64,000 nt of DNA, taken from contig NC_134036.1 in the NCBI RefSeq assembly GCF_964204645.1, forward strand, positions 10,519,859 through 10,583,858. Reading direction: 5' to 3'. This DNA is from Tubulanus polymorphus. Taxonomy: Eukaryota; Animalia; Nemertea. The translations under genes were made by a program, and so were the position numbers. Positions 1-13,917 of the stretch are shown piece after piece; position 1 is the stretch's first letter, and every line of letters starts with the position of its first letter. Below the pieces are notes generated by a model, which was given only the letters and a program-made list of their open reading frames with translations, searched no databases and was not told the origin of the DNA.

Positions 1-3000
1 ACTAACGTTTCGATCTGTTGTTGATGTTTATGAGTTATAGGTCCGTTCTTAGATACATACATTATAACTCGACCTGTTCCAGTCAGTCTTATTATGTCTA
101 CAGATCTCATACCTTTGGATACTGCGCGTATTATTCCAGTAGTATGTACATCAATCGTATACTCGAGCCACGAAGTGTAACGCCAAAATATTGCGTTCAC
201 TTTATATACATGTGTTACAGTAGTAAGTAGTTAGTCGGTCACGCTAGGACCACGGTCAAATGTCCGACTCAGAAAAATTCCGATTATATTATGAGTAAGT
301 CGGGTTTTTGGGGTTTTCTAAGAAAAATCCGAGTTAGCTACTAATACTAAGACCCTAACCCTAACAAATGGGTGCACGGGGTCAATATTCTATTATATAG
401 CCGACTACGATTGCAAACATGTGTGTCCGTCAAAAGAAAAATCGATCTACCGGTGTATAATACGATGCGCGCCGGTTTCGATTTGTTTAGAAATAACTGA
501 AATTGGACGACTGACTTAGAGATTGAAAAATGCATTGCTTTGAAACCTTCGGAACATATATTCTAATTTCTAACTATGAGACAGATTTTGATAGGAAAAT
601 GAACTGAAAAAATCGGGTCCTTGGATTCGGCCGATTTTGCTGATTTTCCTATTTAAAGCCGTCCGACTTGGGCCAGGTCGACTGTAGTTGTCCGTGTGTC
701 TCACTCCGATACGTCGAGAGAATCGAGTAATTTGGAGTGTTCGGGAAATGTTTTATTGGTGTTAATTCCCCGTATATAAGTTCTGCAGGTTACATACTCT
801 GCATTGTCGTTTACTGCGGTATTGGATTTTGTGGTTACACATGTGATATTGTGTCCTTTATCAATGTTTATCATCCAACTTTTTACTAATCTGCTTGCCT
901 GGAACTTGTCTGTGGCCATCGGTATGTTCTGTATCATGTCATATTACCCCGATGATATATAATTAGCTGCATCACCCTCGTGATATCTGTATCTTATTCT
1001 TTTTGCACATAACATGCTTGCTATAAATATGTACTGCTTCTAGATATGTGAGATGGATATTGCCTGAATAATCCCTGTTATGCGGAAATGTGCTTTTGAG
1101 ACACCGTCCCGTCATTAAAGGTTTACTTACACATGCCATATTTTTCCATTCAAAGCGCCGCTTACTTTTCGTGTGCTGTATCTTTTTTTTCTGTTAAAGG
1201 ACAGTTAACATCTTGCCGTAGTGGTAATTTTCGGGACATAGAACCAATAACAATCATTAGTATCACAATCATATGATATCTTACCTTCAATGAGTAGAAA
1301 TCCGTGCAAATACACCCGTGAACACCTTAGAGGTGACTCGGACCATGTGCTCACTCTACAGCACCTGTCCACTCCCTCCATCTGGAGGCCACCATGCAAA
1401 CTACTGATGTACTAATAATGGAATAAATATATCATCATCTTATCAGTGCGCGATGACGCATCACAAATGTAGTAAAATTATCGAGCTGTTGATACAAACA
1501 TCGTGACTGAAGTACACTGTTAAAAATAAATTGGTAAATTAACCAAAAAAATTGGCAGGAAATTTGACCCATAGGTGTAGTAAAATTACGACATATAGTA
1601 AATTTACTGACTTAATCGTTATGCTTAAACACCAATGATAGTTAATTAACATACAGTAAGTAATTTTACATTACCTATATAGTAAATTTACTGGCTTAAT
1701 TGTCAATCTTAAACACCAATGATAAGCGAATTTACATACATAGAGCGAGTATATTTACATTATCATATAGTTAATTTACTTCTTTATAGGCAATGTTAAA
1801 TACAAATAATATGGTGTAAAACCAATTTTCATGGTCCTACTACCAATTTAAAGAACTGGTAAATGTACCCAATTATTTTAGTGTAAATCCAATGAAACCT
1901 CTAGAGTTACCACAAATCAGTGCAAAATAACAATAATAATATTTAAGTATCAAAACATCAACAAATGATTTTAGTGGGCCAAAAAATCATGACTGCCCAT
2001 TATAAACCTATAATCAAGATACAATTACATTGATTGCAAAACAAACCGACTTCTTTCAGGTATCCGATTACTCTATATTTCATATGCCCAAGTCTGAAGT
2101 GAATTTAAATTTTCTCAAAAAAATAGAAAAGAGAAGGAGCTGAAATTGTGCATGTCTCAATATTCTATGACATCAGATTTTTTTTAAACAGAGCTTGGAT
2201 ATCAAAAACATGCAACTAGGCATATCCCAGAAAAGGGCCAAAGCTGTTTACCGAAACAATTGATGAGCTAAATCAATTTGAGCTTAGGCAGTAAAATATG
2301 AGAAAATTCATAATAAAGCCCGACAAGTGAAATAGTTATATATTTACAACTAAAATCGAATACAAAACTCTCAACACAACGGTCTAAACTTGAACTCACA
2401 TGTGAAACTTTTACATGTAAATTACATATATTAAGACGAAGTACGAACTGCTAAGTACTGGTATGGCACAAAAACATCCAATATTAAAGCCTAAGATAAA
2501 TCTAATCTCTTTCGTGATTCAGCACAGCCTAAGAAGAACAAACATTTTTAAACTATTACAACGATAATATTTTAGAAAAAAGGTACTGCACTTCAGTCAA
2601 CTAGATATCAAGTAATATTGTATGAAAAACCTGTCAAAATTACTGTTAGTAGTTTTACACATCAAAATACCCAGTAGGCGTGATAATATGAAAGGTAAAT
2701 TAATTTTGACAGTTTTCCATGCTCAAAACACTTCAACTCAAAATATCATTTCAAACTACTTTTAATCTACTAACTCGCAGAAAAGTGACACACCTCGCGC
2801 CGATGGAATTAATTAATTAATTTGCTAAGTCAACGGAATATTTCCATTCAATCTCAAAATCTACCAGTTTATGGAAATGAAACAGCACTCTTCCACTTTC
2901 AATTCTAATATATCAAGTTTAGTCATAACCTCTGGTCATATTCAAACATAATTTGTAAAGATGAAATTCTTTTCAACAATGAAATTCAAGAACAAATCAG

Positions 3001-3098
3001 GGGAAACTGTCAAAATTATTTCAAAAGTAAAATGTAGTTTTACCAATCAAAATACCAAGAAGGCGTGCGACACGCAGAAATACGGAAGTGATGGGTTA

Positions 3099-3136
3099 AA
3101 CCATGGACGTATAAACTAGATTATACGTCCATGGTT
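3099..3136. repeat. Perfect 16-bp-stem palindrome
   Basis: AACCATGGACGTATAA-ACTAGA-TTATACGTCCATGGTT. Confidence 0.9.
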
Positions 3137-5211
3137 GAACTAACCGTCAAAATAGACAAATGATATATAAAAATAGGCCTAATGAAATGATGCGTACTAA
3201 TAGAAACAAATATTTCTTCAGTGTCTTTATAGCATGAGTCCATAGATTATTTCCAATACATTCCATGGAATTCCTGAATTAATTTTTAGGCCAGCCGTAG
3301 GCTGAGCCTATTACTATACAAATGGAGCGAATTTAAATGACATGGTTTCCACACAAAAGGCTCTTTTGCTTGCCAAGTGAGGGCATATTCGAACAAATCA
3401 CGTATTTAAGCGTAATCCATTCTCGGAATCGTAGCGAGCAGAATTTTGAAATAGGTTCTCATAAAAATGTTTTCTGCATTTTTCACAAAAGTTAAATCGG
3501 GAAAATTTCAATATTTATCAGCCAATCAGGAAGTTGTGTCTTCCCTGTGATTGGTTTATCTGAAAATATCAGCAGCTTTTCACGTGAATTATCGCGATTT
3601 CATTACTGGCGCTTTTGCGCATGACTTCATGTATCAACACGCGACAATACTTCCGCGTTCGCTACGTGTTCGCTGATTGGCCCATTTACTGGAAAATTCC
3701 ACAGAAGCCTAATGTGGTTTGTTACAAGCGCTGTGATTGGCCCGACCCGATTCTGGCACGGCTTTAGCTTAGTGGGTTCGAATCCCTTGACGGGTGAAGA
3801 TGATGGATCCTATCAATATCTATTGAAACTAATAAGTTTCCCGGTTGGGCAGCCGCGGATATCTACCGGAAGTATTCCGGTTCGATATTTCGAGGTTTCT
3901 TTGAATTTTGGAGTGATATTGAAATCCGGTAAATACCAGCGGTAGATTGTGAAAACCCATTGCATGATATTTGTATTACTTAATCAACGAAAAGCGTCGG
4001 GGGCCGCGCCAGGAGTTTTCGTGATTCAAGTAGCGCAATAGCCTACTTCTTCGTGTTCGTCCACCTCAATTTTCACTCCGCCGATCGCTGACACGGCTCT
4101 GTCCCCGTCGGCGCTGTGATTGCACTTTCGTACCACCAAAATTTTTCATTTCTATATCAGGGAGGTCTGGAGAATAAAAAAGTCAAAATTTGGATATCAC
4201 ATAGGCCTGATTTCATCGAATAACTCGACCATGGTCGTTACGTTTCCGTACTTATTACCACCTAAAACCTATTTCGTTTACAGAAATCAGGTGTTCACGT
4301 GAACCCGCGGTATCGTCTACTGTTTTACTTCCGGGTTTTATTTTAAGATTTAAAATTGTATTTCAAGATCGATTTCTATGAAATCTTTAGTTGATTTGGT
4401 GTTTGGGAGGAATTTTTATTTGCTCTACAGAAAATTCAACCTTGACAATTGCGCAAGGTTCGCGAAAAAAAAAGGTTTTACCAAATCGGGTGTATGACCT
4501 TGATATGCTAATTAGCCATGTGCCCGAATTGCAAATTCAATCAAATTTTATTCTGCCAAAAAAATGTTAAATACAATTCGCTTTCCGAGAGTTAATAGTA
4601 TGCTGCATGGAACAAAGTTGTTTTGAGATGGGTCTTGAAGCTATTTAGGTCGGGAGATAACCATATAGATAGTTCTTGAGAGTTCCAAAGTTTTGAAGAC
4701 GCTTCAAGGTAATGTCTTGATATTTGTTTTATACGTGTATCTACCCTGGACACATCTTCAGGCCAAAAACTGGCCCTGTCAGATTCAAGATGGCCGACTG
4801 GCAGCCATTGTTGTTCGCCAAAATCAGCACTTTTTACACATTTTTGAAGTTTTCGAGGGAAATTTTGAAGACACTTTTATCAATAACCTTGATCATTCGT
4901 ATATATTTGTATCCCCCGAGGGCCCATCGGCATGAGAAAAATTGGGTCGATCGGACTCAAGATGGCCGTACTGTAACCTTTTTTGTTCCCAAAAATGTCA
5001 ATTTTGGCCTGAATTCTGAGTACTGTAGCTTTCTAATGGTGTGCCATGTTTCATTGCAATTTGTAATGGGTATTCTTTGGAAAGGGATCTTTTATATATG
5101 AGAGGGTATTTTTGACCATGCAATTATGACGCACTTGGCGGCCATCTTGGGGTCATCGGTACTCATTCGTAGGTGGAAAAAAAGTTTTTCCACATCATAA
5201 TTGATACTTAA

Positions 5212-5511
5212 GCATATTTTGCTACTATAATCAATTGAAAAGTTGTAGCTCATGACATGTTCTATGATCGAGATGAGTTTCAAGCTCATTGGTTTTTGTT
5301 TATGGCCACCAGGGGGCGTTGAACAATACAATAACTTAGTATTTCTATATTACATTCGTACCTATGCATATTTTGCTACCATAATCAATTGGAAAGTTGT
5401 AGCTCATGACATGGTCTATGATCTTGGTGAGTTTCAAGCTCATTGGTTTTTGTATATGGCCACCAGGGGCGTTGAACAATACAATAACTTAGTATTTCTA
5501 TATTACATTCG
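5212..5511. repeat. ~155-bp tandem duplication within an interspersed repeat; contains a CTCF-like motif
   Basis: Two copies of GCATATTTTGCTAC...TGGCCACCAGGGG(G)CGTTG...TACATTCGT. Confidence 0.85.
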
Positions 5512-5689
5512 TTCCTGCTGTCTGTGTTAACATACGATTTTACTATGTAAATGATATTGAGCAGGGAGTGTATATTGATAAATATAACCCACAGATTACA
5601 TCATTTATAAAAAGCAAATCTGACAGGCTGGCCATTGTGCCCCTTGGGGCTCTTGTTAAAGTCAACAGGTTATTTCCCATTCACTCCTC

Positions 5690-5940
5690 AAATCTGCCCG
5701 CTTGCCGACAAGCAACACAACTCGCGTCGATGGACTTCTCGAATTAACACATTGTAAAGTCACCGCATGATAGCCAATCGGTCTCGAAATCTGCCCGCTT
5801 GCCGACAAGCAACACAACGCGCGTCGATGGACTTCTCGAATTAATAATGTCACATCATCAGATCATATGCAGTCGGTCTCGAAATCTGCCAGCTCAGGGA
5901 AGAGTGACACCACCCGTGGCGATGGACTTCCTGAATTAAT
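5690..5940. repeat. Three ~95-bp tandem repeats
   Basis: AAATCTGCC...GATGGACTT..GAATTAA units. Confidence 0.8.
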
Positions 5941-7510
5941 TGACAGGAAACATCTAAAAGAAAACAAAAGGAAATCATAACTTAAAAGGATTTTCAAAAA
6001 ACCTTAAAAAATAATTATACGCAAAAAAGTGAGTGTGTAATGACAGTACACTCGATGCGTTATATATTTCATAATACTAATAATTTGTGGTTTGAGTTAA
6101 ATGTCGTGAGTAGCCAAGTTTATCTGCATTGATGCTGTATATGCTTTTTTGTTTTTGCATATAAAACTGGCCCATGACCCGGTAATGCACCCTAACCACT
6201 AACAGAAGAAACAAGTATTTTTGCATAATTTCTTAAATTAATGGATTTGAATCAAATTCTTAAAAATTTGAACCAGTTTCTGATGTTTCTGAAAACTTAA
6301 AGGCCGATACACAAAGGCTGGAATTGAAAAATACATATTTGGATGAACCGAGGAATTGAAAATTTGCAGATATTGATACATGTATATTCCGACTGAATCC
6401 CAGTTGCTAATTAGTGTATGGAATTCTAATAAATGTATAGCCAGTTCAACATTCTAAGCCTTTGTGTATGCAGGTTTCGCCTAATATTTTTTTTTTCATC
6501 GTAAATTTACTTTCGATGATTGCAACAAAGAAAAGCTGACTGGAAATCAAAGAATGAGATGATCAAAATGTTACAAATTTTCAATGAAATATTTAATTAA
6601 AACGTTGTCATTTTTTAGTTGTCATTTTTTAGATGGGTCAAACACGTTCAAACATAACACTTTGTTCAAGGGTGTCCTCCATTTATTCATTCTGTAAGAA
6701 CATTTTTGCTGATGTTTGACCTGTTTGTGTACACATTCGTAAGCATTATAGTACATAGGAATGTTGGCACAATTTTGACTCCGTCCCCTATGTATAATAG
6801 AAAGAAGACTAACCTCTGAATAAACTCCAGTGTCTTTATCCAGTGTCTAGTGTCCCTGTGTATACTCGATATTGAACACAAAGAAACAGATGAATAGCAG
6901 TTTAACTGCATCATTGTAATCACTTATCATCATGCTCGAGAAACTGCACCATAAATAACAATATGTAGAACGTATCAGCTGCGAATGTGGAATCCCCTGT
7001 AAAAAGATGTTTAACTAGTTAAATCAGCTAAAAACATATATTAGATCTTTCATATACATTATGTACAAAATATTGCACACTTGTTAAGAGGGTTATCAAG
7101 CTGCTTATAAGAAAAAAAATGAAAAACAAAATCTTGAAGCAATTTTGAAGACATATTCATTCAAATTTAACCCCGTGTTGAATGGGAATCCTATAGCATC
7201 TAGGTTAACCTGGAATTATGGTTTGAGGACTTTGAGGACTGGTAGTTTGCTGGTGTTTACACTTACCCATAACAGCAATTAATGCCGTTAATGGTTTATT
7301 CTAGCCTTTGTTGATTTTGGCCTCATTGCCATCAATCTAAAAATTTAAACACAACAACAGATTAAAATTTTGCCAAATTTTGGGACTCGTATTTGCTGGC
7401 ATACTTAATTCCATTATTCAAAATGGAATACAGTAGAACTTGCCTACCTCAGAATTTGTTTGGCAGTAGACTTTTTCCGAGATAAGTGTTGTCAATCTAT
7501 TGAAAACTTA

Positions 7511-7585
7511 GCGAGTGAGTGAGTGAGTGAGTGAGCGAGCGAGCGACTGAGCGACTGAGCGACTGGGTCGGGTCGGGTCGGGTCG
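7511..7585. repeat. Compound (GAGT)n/(GAGC)n/(GGGTC)n microsatellite
   Basis: Visible runs. Confidence 0.9.
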
Positions 7586-7853
7586 AAGCGCTCGATAAAA
7601 ATTTACTTGAAACCAATGCTTCTGGGAGTCGGTTTCGACACCATTCGATTCGACTTCTTCCTCCTCCTCCTCCTCCTCCTCTTCTGTCCCCCTCCCTACC
7701 TCCCTATGAGAATTCCGTGTTCCTTCCTATTCCTTCCGATTCCTTCCTTTCTCGTAAACAAAAAAGAATACTCGAGATATAAAAATATATGATTAGGATT
7801 TATTTACATAATATATATATTGAAAATGAATTACTAAAATCTAAAACTAAAAA

Positions 7854-8600
7854 TTAAAACGACGCCATCGCTGCTGTGTATTCATCGGATTTTCGGTCGA
7901 GGCGGTGAAACTTAGTGTAGAGCAAATGCGGCCCGAGCCGGCTGACCTGACGGCCGCATAAAGGGCACGGACGCTGTAAAGGGGTGATCCGTGCCCTCAT
8001 CGAGTTGTCATATCGTCGTCTAGCTGATCGCGAATGCACCGTGTCAATGTGACGCGGTACATTTATAACTACACGCCCGCAAACCGGACACTGCCGCGGC
8101 GAGCGTACGCGTTTCTGAAAAGAAAAGAAAATTGAACGACGAATACAGATTACGATGCCTATAGAAATGCGCTTTTTCGTAACCGGTCGATAAGCGAGAA
8201 CACTTACGGCCGGCGGCATTTCTTCGGACGGCGGCGACGGCACTTCTTCGACGGCATTTCCATCGACGGACGGAATCTGAAAAGAAAATTGAACGACGAA
8301 TACAGATAACGATGCCTATAGAAATGCGCTTTTTCGTAACGCGAGAACACTGACTTTCAATTCGTCGCCGAAAATTTCACGGAGCGCCTCGTCAGCGTCG
8401 AATGACGAATTCTGAAAAGAAGAAACGTTAAAAATTAGAAAAAAATTCCTGCCGGTCGGTCCAGCGGTCAAGCGGTCGAAATGCGAGAAAGCTTACGTCG
8501 AACACCGGCGCTGGCCCGAAGGCCATTTCATATAAAGTGTCTATAAGTTCGCTGTCAGTTAACATCGTTACATCAATAACGCATGGGTGAACATACTGAA
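7854..8600 (-). CDS. Multi-exon C2H2 zinc-finger gene associated with the recombinase fragment
   Basis: CPVCGRVVINVPRHIDTVH and CPLCGRQVSRLGPHLL...H; repeated short TTTCAG/GTAAG exon units at 8110-8500. Confidence 0.6.
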
Positions 8601-9065
8601 TAAAGGCTGTTTTTATAGGTAGAAACAATAGGGCGATACGAACGGTACGCGATCGCGGGAAAAGGACGAAATAAAATCGAAAAAAAATTAACACGGCCTC
8701 GAAATCTCGGCTATACCCTTCGTCTATTTTTCCGAAAATTTAGCAACGAAAACGGGGCGTCGATATACCGACGAAGGCCCCAAATAGCCAAAAGTTGAGG
8801 TAGCCACTGCGCCTGTCGATGTAACCACTGACGCTGATTGACTTAATCACTGCAACTCGTTTCGTACGTATCAAAAAACGTAGACACAGCCTCGAAATCT
8901 CGGCTAGGCCCTTCGGATATTCCATCCAACGTTTAGCAACGAAAACGGGGCGTCGATATACGGACGAAGGCCCCAAATAGCCCAAAGTTTACGTTGTCAA
9001 TAACGTACGCTTCGCTTCACCGCGTACGATACGGGATGGGAGCGTGTGCTCGACTACCCGCCCGT

Positions 9066-9157
9066 AGTCAGCCAATCAGTCAGTCAGTCAGTCAGTCAAT
9101 CAGTCAGTCAGTCAGTCAGTCAGTCAGTCAGTCAGTCAGTCAGTCAGTCAGTCAGTC
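9066..9157. repeat. (CAGT)n microsatellite
   Basis: Visible tetranucleotide run. Confidence 0.95.
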
Positions 9158-9774
9158 TGGCGAAACATCTGGCTCGTGCGTGCGTTTCGGGCTTATTCAC
9201 TTTTTTGGCGTAGAATTCTCGGGGATCGGTCGGGTCGGGTATCGGGTATCGTGCATCGGGTCGGGTCGGTTAGGGTCGGGTCGAAACGCTCGCTAAGAAT
9301 GTACGTGAAACCACGGCGTGAAAGCAGTCCTTTCGAAAAAAGTCCCGACTTACAACAAATAAAACGTACGCGTTCTTCACCGTTATAGTATATAGTATGC
9401 GCGAATCGCATTTCTATTTTTCCGATCACATTTACATTTATCGTCGATTGTTTTGATCTTTCAGTTTTTTTAGTTTTAGAAGCTGCCACCGCCGCCGCCG
9501 CCGTCGCCGCCGTGGTGGTGGTCGTTTCGACAGTGGTGTTGGTGGTGGAAGTCGCGTTCGTCGAAGTCAATCGAGTGGAGGAACCGGCCGCCGCTGTCGA
9601 CGCTGTCGCCGCTGCCCCGGTCTTTCCGGTAGAAGAAGACACCGATCGCTACGAAAGTAAACAACAAAAACCACAGTTAGCATTCGCGAACAGAGCGGAC
9701 CGGACCGGACCGGGTCAGCTCGGGCCGGGCCGGGCCGACCGAACTAACCAACGAAGTAAAGCGCACGCTCGCTC

Positions 9775-10205
9775 ACCTTGAACGACTTGTGAAGTTTGTC
9801 CAACATGTCGACTCTCGCTCGTCTCTGGTTTGCCTGGTCGTACGTGGAATCCGCCGTTTTAAGCGAATGCGCCAGCTGCTTGGCCAGCACTTGCTGCTCT
9901 TCGCGCGAGCCACCCATTTCGCGCAGAGCCGACGTCAACAACTTCCGATTGTCGCTGGCGCGAAACCTCTGCTGCGAAACCTCTGCTTGTCCGGAAACAT
10001 ATCCGCCCAAATTTTGTTGTAGCACTTGCTCATGACCGACGACGAGAGAATCTGCCCCCTTCTCGTCGTGAAAACGTATTTGCTGCCCGAATCGCCGACG
10101 GCGTCGGCGATCATCAACGGACGAATATTTTTCACGTAGGACCGTGTCATCCTATAGATCTTTTTCGGCAGGATCACCGTGCACCGCTGGACGCTCTTTT
10201 TTTGC
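9775..10205 (-). pseudogene. 5'-truncated tyrosine recombinase C-terminal domain (second Crypton-like element), frameshifted
   Basis: YVKNIRP...YVFTTRRG...; SDNRK...LAKQLAHSLKTADSTY. Confidence 0.7.
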
Positions 10206-11830
10206 AAATATTATTGTATAATGCTATAGAACTCCCCTTTCCAGGTTCTGCTTTCTCTGCCCCCTGAAATTCAGATGCTAGCTAATATATCCATTAAAAA
10301 TGATAACCAAAATGCCAATGTTTTTTGTGAAAATGGAAATAAAAACCAATTTTTGGTAGAAGCACTGTTATAGGCTGAAATATTGGTGGGAAAAGGCAAC
10401 TGTGAAAAAACGTATTTGTGATGCTTTGTGTATATGTCATAAGTATTAAAGTGAAGCCTTGAAGGCAGAATTTTCAACTTATAAATAATTAATCATATCA
10501 ACAGGTTGTGTAGAATATCGCGAATGGCGATCTCAGAAAGCCACCTCCAAAACAGCTGAATGCACAGCAAATAATATTTAGGGAAGTCGTAGAAAGTACG
10601 ATAACATTTTTGAGACTTTATTATAAATGTTATCAAAACCTTAGTATAACAAGAGTATCTAATGAACACAGTCCTCTGCGTCAATAACAACTCGGTTTTT
10701 TCGCCGAAGTAAAGATTATTCATCTTAATTCCAACACTATAAGTATTAGAATTATTACAATAACTAGTAATGCAAATTAGTTATCAAATACTTTTAACAA
10801 CATAAAAAATTGTCACATTAAGCACTACCATTAACACCAACATCCACAGTGGCAAAGCTTATATTTTGATAACGAAGCAAAATCAACACAGCTGTATAAG
10901 CTCACTGGTAATTGATCATTCAAAACTTACAAAAAAAAACTTTCTTGTATACTCAGAAAAAAAATATCAAATTTTAGTTATTAGAAAACAAGTTATAAGC
11001 ATAAAGCTTTCATTGTTTCATCGCACAGAATAAAATTATTTTAGTCTGATTCTTTGCACTATGGCAACAAAAGTACGTTAACCAGTTTGGGACTAATTCT
11101 CCAACAAACAATGATCCCAGCACTTTTATGATTTATATTTACTATGGCAATGTATTGATATAAAAAAACAATAAAAAATGCATGAAACATAAATAAACCC
11201 ACAAATGTCAAATGGGATAACCATTATTATAACATTATACATGGTAGCTAGAAGAGGAACAAATCAGAATTTACTAATACATGTAGTCAGAAATATATAT
11301 GACACAAGATCATGCCAAATTATTTCTTTGTATCAAAGTATTCTAATAAACAGTTACAACAATTGGTTGGCTTAATAGACGAAAGTGAATACAATCACAG
11401 ATATAGATTCAGGGTACTCGTTACAAATTCATTAAGAAAACAACAGACAGTTCGAGGTAATTACTCAATTGGACACCAAATGATGTAATACATATGGATT
11501 GTTGAAACAATTACTTGCAAGGGATAAATTGACAGTAAGATTCATGAACAAAATATGAGATCTTGAGATGTTTTGAAGGAAACACTCGTTCATGTGAGTT
11601 ATCAACTGGAATGTGTTCATGTGTGGTAAGTGATTGGGAAGCTCAAAAAAGGCTGACACAAGGCTGACATATACATGTTACAGGATAAAAACCACTCATA
11701 GTGAAAAGACTGCAATTTTTGCTAATTTTGAGAATTGCATAAACGCGGCTCATTAATTGAGCTTATCGACTTGGGGCAAAACTTTTGTCGGAAAATTTAA
11801 AGGAACACTAGTTAAAGATTATAATGCATG

Positions 11831-11987
11831 GGGATCATTCATTTATTACGTACGCATAAAAATCTGAATTTTTCAACCCCCTCTGTACGCAAAATCGGCC
11901 ATTTTTCGTATACATTATGCATTACTGTACGCAATTGCACTGACCCCTCCCCCTACCCTAATGCGTACGTAATAAATGAATGACCCC
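11831..11987. mobile_element. Harbinger/Tourist-type MITE
   Basis: 27-bp TIRs GGG(A/G)TCATTCATTTATTACGTACGCAT; 3-bp TSD ATG on both sides. Confidence 0.88.
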
Positions 11988-13554
11988 ATGTAAATTTCTC
12001 TATACAATATTTCAGACAACTCACTATAATATCATTATGGAAAAGTATTTCAATAACTTAACCATCACAACAATGTTGTGGTGTACTAGGTTGTATGTTA
12101 ATTTAATTCATGAACTGAAAATAATAAAGGCAAAGGTTAGTATTTTTAAACAAAATAGCTGCTGGGGTCATGCCTCATGTGGACATGCAATAATTTGAAT
12201 TATTATTGGATGTCCAACTTTTTGAAAGACGAGTTTTGGAACGAGACTCTTTCTTTTCATTCCTGCTATTTTGAAGAGACGTTTCGGAACATACATTTTT
12301 CGCGTGATGTAGTAGCAACTGGTCTGCGTTCATGTGAGGAACGTGACGGGGATTCTTGATAAAGCGCTGATATCGGAGATGTAGGTTCAAGCGATGTTGA
12401 AGCACGAGTATTATGATGATCGCGAGTGGAATGCAACTGTGAATCTACGGTATGAGGATTGGGGTCGACATCTTCAAGTCGGTTAGCTATGTCAACAACA
12501 ACTTCACCTTTTTTACTTTTTTTAGCAGATCATTTGGAATCAATAATGTAAAACAGTTTGTTTCACCACCATGATTGACCAGAAAGCTTGTTGTTCTCCA
12601 AAATCTTTTCAATTGCAAGCAACTGGTAAGATTTGTTGATGATTGGTGCACACAAAGTCTGAAAAATATAATAAATTGATGGAAAGTATGCAGTAAATTA
12701 AAACTAGAGAAAGGTTCTATTCATGCCCAAAGGTATCTAGATCCTCTTGGACACCAGCATCAGTACTTGGACACGTGATTGTAAAATTGTTTAAATGAAC
12801 GTGCCTCTATGATTACACTATTATAAGGAATCAAATAACTCAGCAGTGCTATAAAGGAAACTGCTAAAAAAGATCTATATGGGAAACAAATTATGAATAC
12901 AAATTTTTAAAGCAGATATGTAATATAACCCTTCCTTGGTTTATCACATTGCTGAAAATTTCTAGGGTGGACAATTTAACACTCAGAGCCCACCAGTCAA
13001 TATACCTAACCAATCAGATGCATTGTTTTTACTGGCATGTTGTTCCATAAAAAACCCAACTGTTTGGCTACATATATAGACTGGTGGGCGTGAATAATCT
13101 TGGGCGATGTAGTAGACCAATGAAGGGTTTGTGCTCAGGGTTTTTGTTGATGTGATTCTTGGTGGACAAAATCAAACCCTGGCAATTGAGGATGACTGTA
13201 GAGCAGCTTTTCAAATATTTTTGCAAATCTGGTTTAAATGAGGTTCCACTTTATTAAACAAAGATTTGAGAATATAGTCAATATACAATGCAAATTTTAA
13301 AGTATACAGATGTATCAAGGTGAGACGACATACTACGTATCGTTGTCCTAAAATCTAATGCAACAATGTTAAAATTTGAAACTTATATTCACCATATGCA
13401 AAATATGAGGCTATGAAAATCAACCAATAATTTGAAATTCTTATATTTAAGCATTGTGCTGTAAGCGATTGACGAGACCAGTGACCAACGGCTTAAACCA
13501 TTCGGCAACTACACCTCTCTAGGGAAAATGTTTGATAGGACTAATAAGAGCATT

Positions 13555-13906
13555 TACCTGTACGATTGTTCCCTGCACTGAAACTTTGGTTTTGGAGGGC
13601 TTATTGTAGCTTCTTTGATTGTTATAACTTTTGGCGCAGGGGGATGTAACAATGCCAGCGCATCAATCATGATATTTTGGGGAACAACTGGAGCCGACGT
13701 CACACGAAAATGACATATTTCTTTGCGCAAAAGTTTCTGATCATTACACCTGAATTCTTCTCAAATTTGTGATTTGTGTATACCATTGCTTTAATACAGC
13801 CAGTGGAATCCGCTAGAGAGAACTGCTTACGATTTAGATCCTCCTCAATTATTTGAACTTTTAATGGCTTGGAATAAGGAAGCATTTGCTTCCGTTGCTG
13901 CAACAA
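13555..13906 (-). pseudogene. OB-fold-like (RPA-like) protein fragment
   Basis: FSLADSTGCIKAMVY...VMIRNF and, after a frameshift, PPAPKV...KVSVQGTIVQ followed by a GT donor. Confidence 0.5.
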
Positions 13907-13917
13907 CTGAGCTACTT

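Noticed and set aside
238-700. Telomere-like CCCTAACCCTAA and a possible Helentron-type element
   Set aside because: Only two units and no clear termini; insufficient support
3760-3790. tRNA gene suggested by GGTTCGAATCCC (also ~19309, ~19801 and reverse ~51664)
   Set aside because: Only a B-box/T-loop-like motif is present; no cloverleaf could be built, so at most SINE-like remnants
8994-9781. Overlapping low-complexity ORFs (SQSV repeats, Thr/Ala runs)
   Set aside because: Explained by the (CAGT)n microsatellite and GC-rich triplet runs; the Thr/Ala tract may be a 3' exon of the recombinase gene but cannot be established
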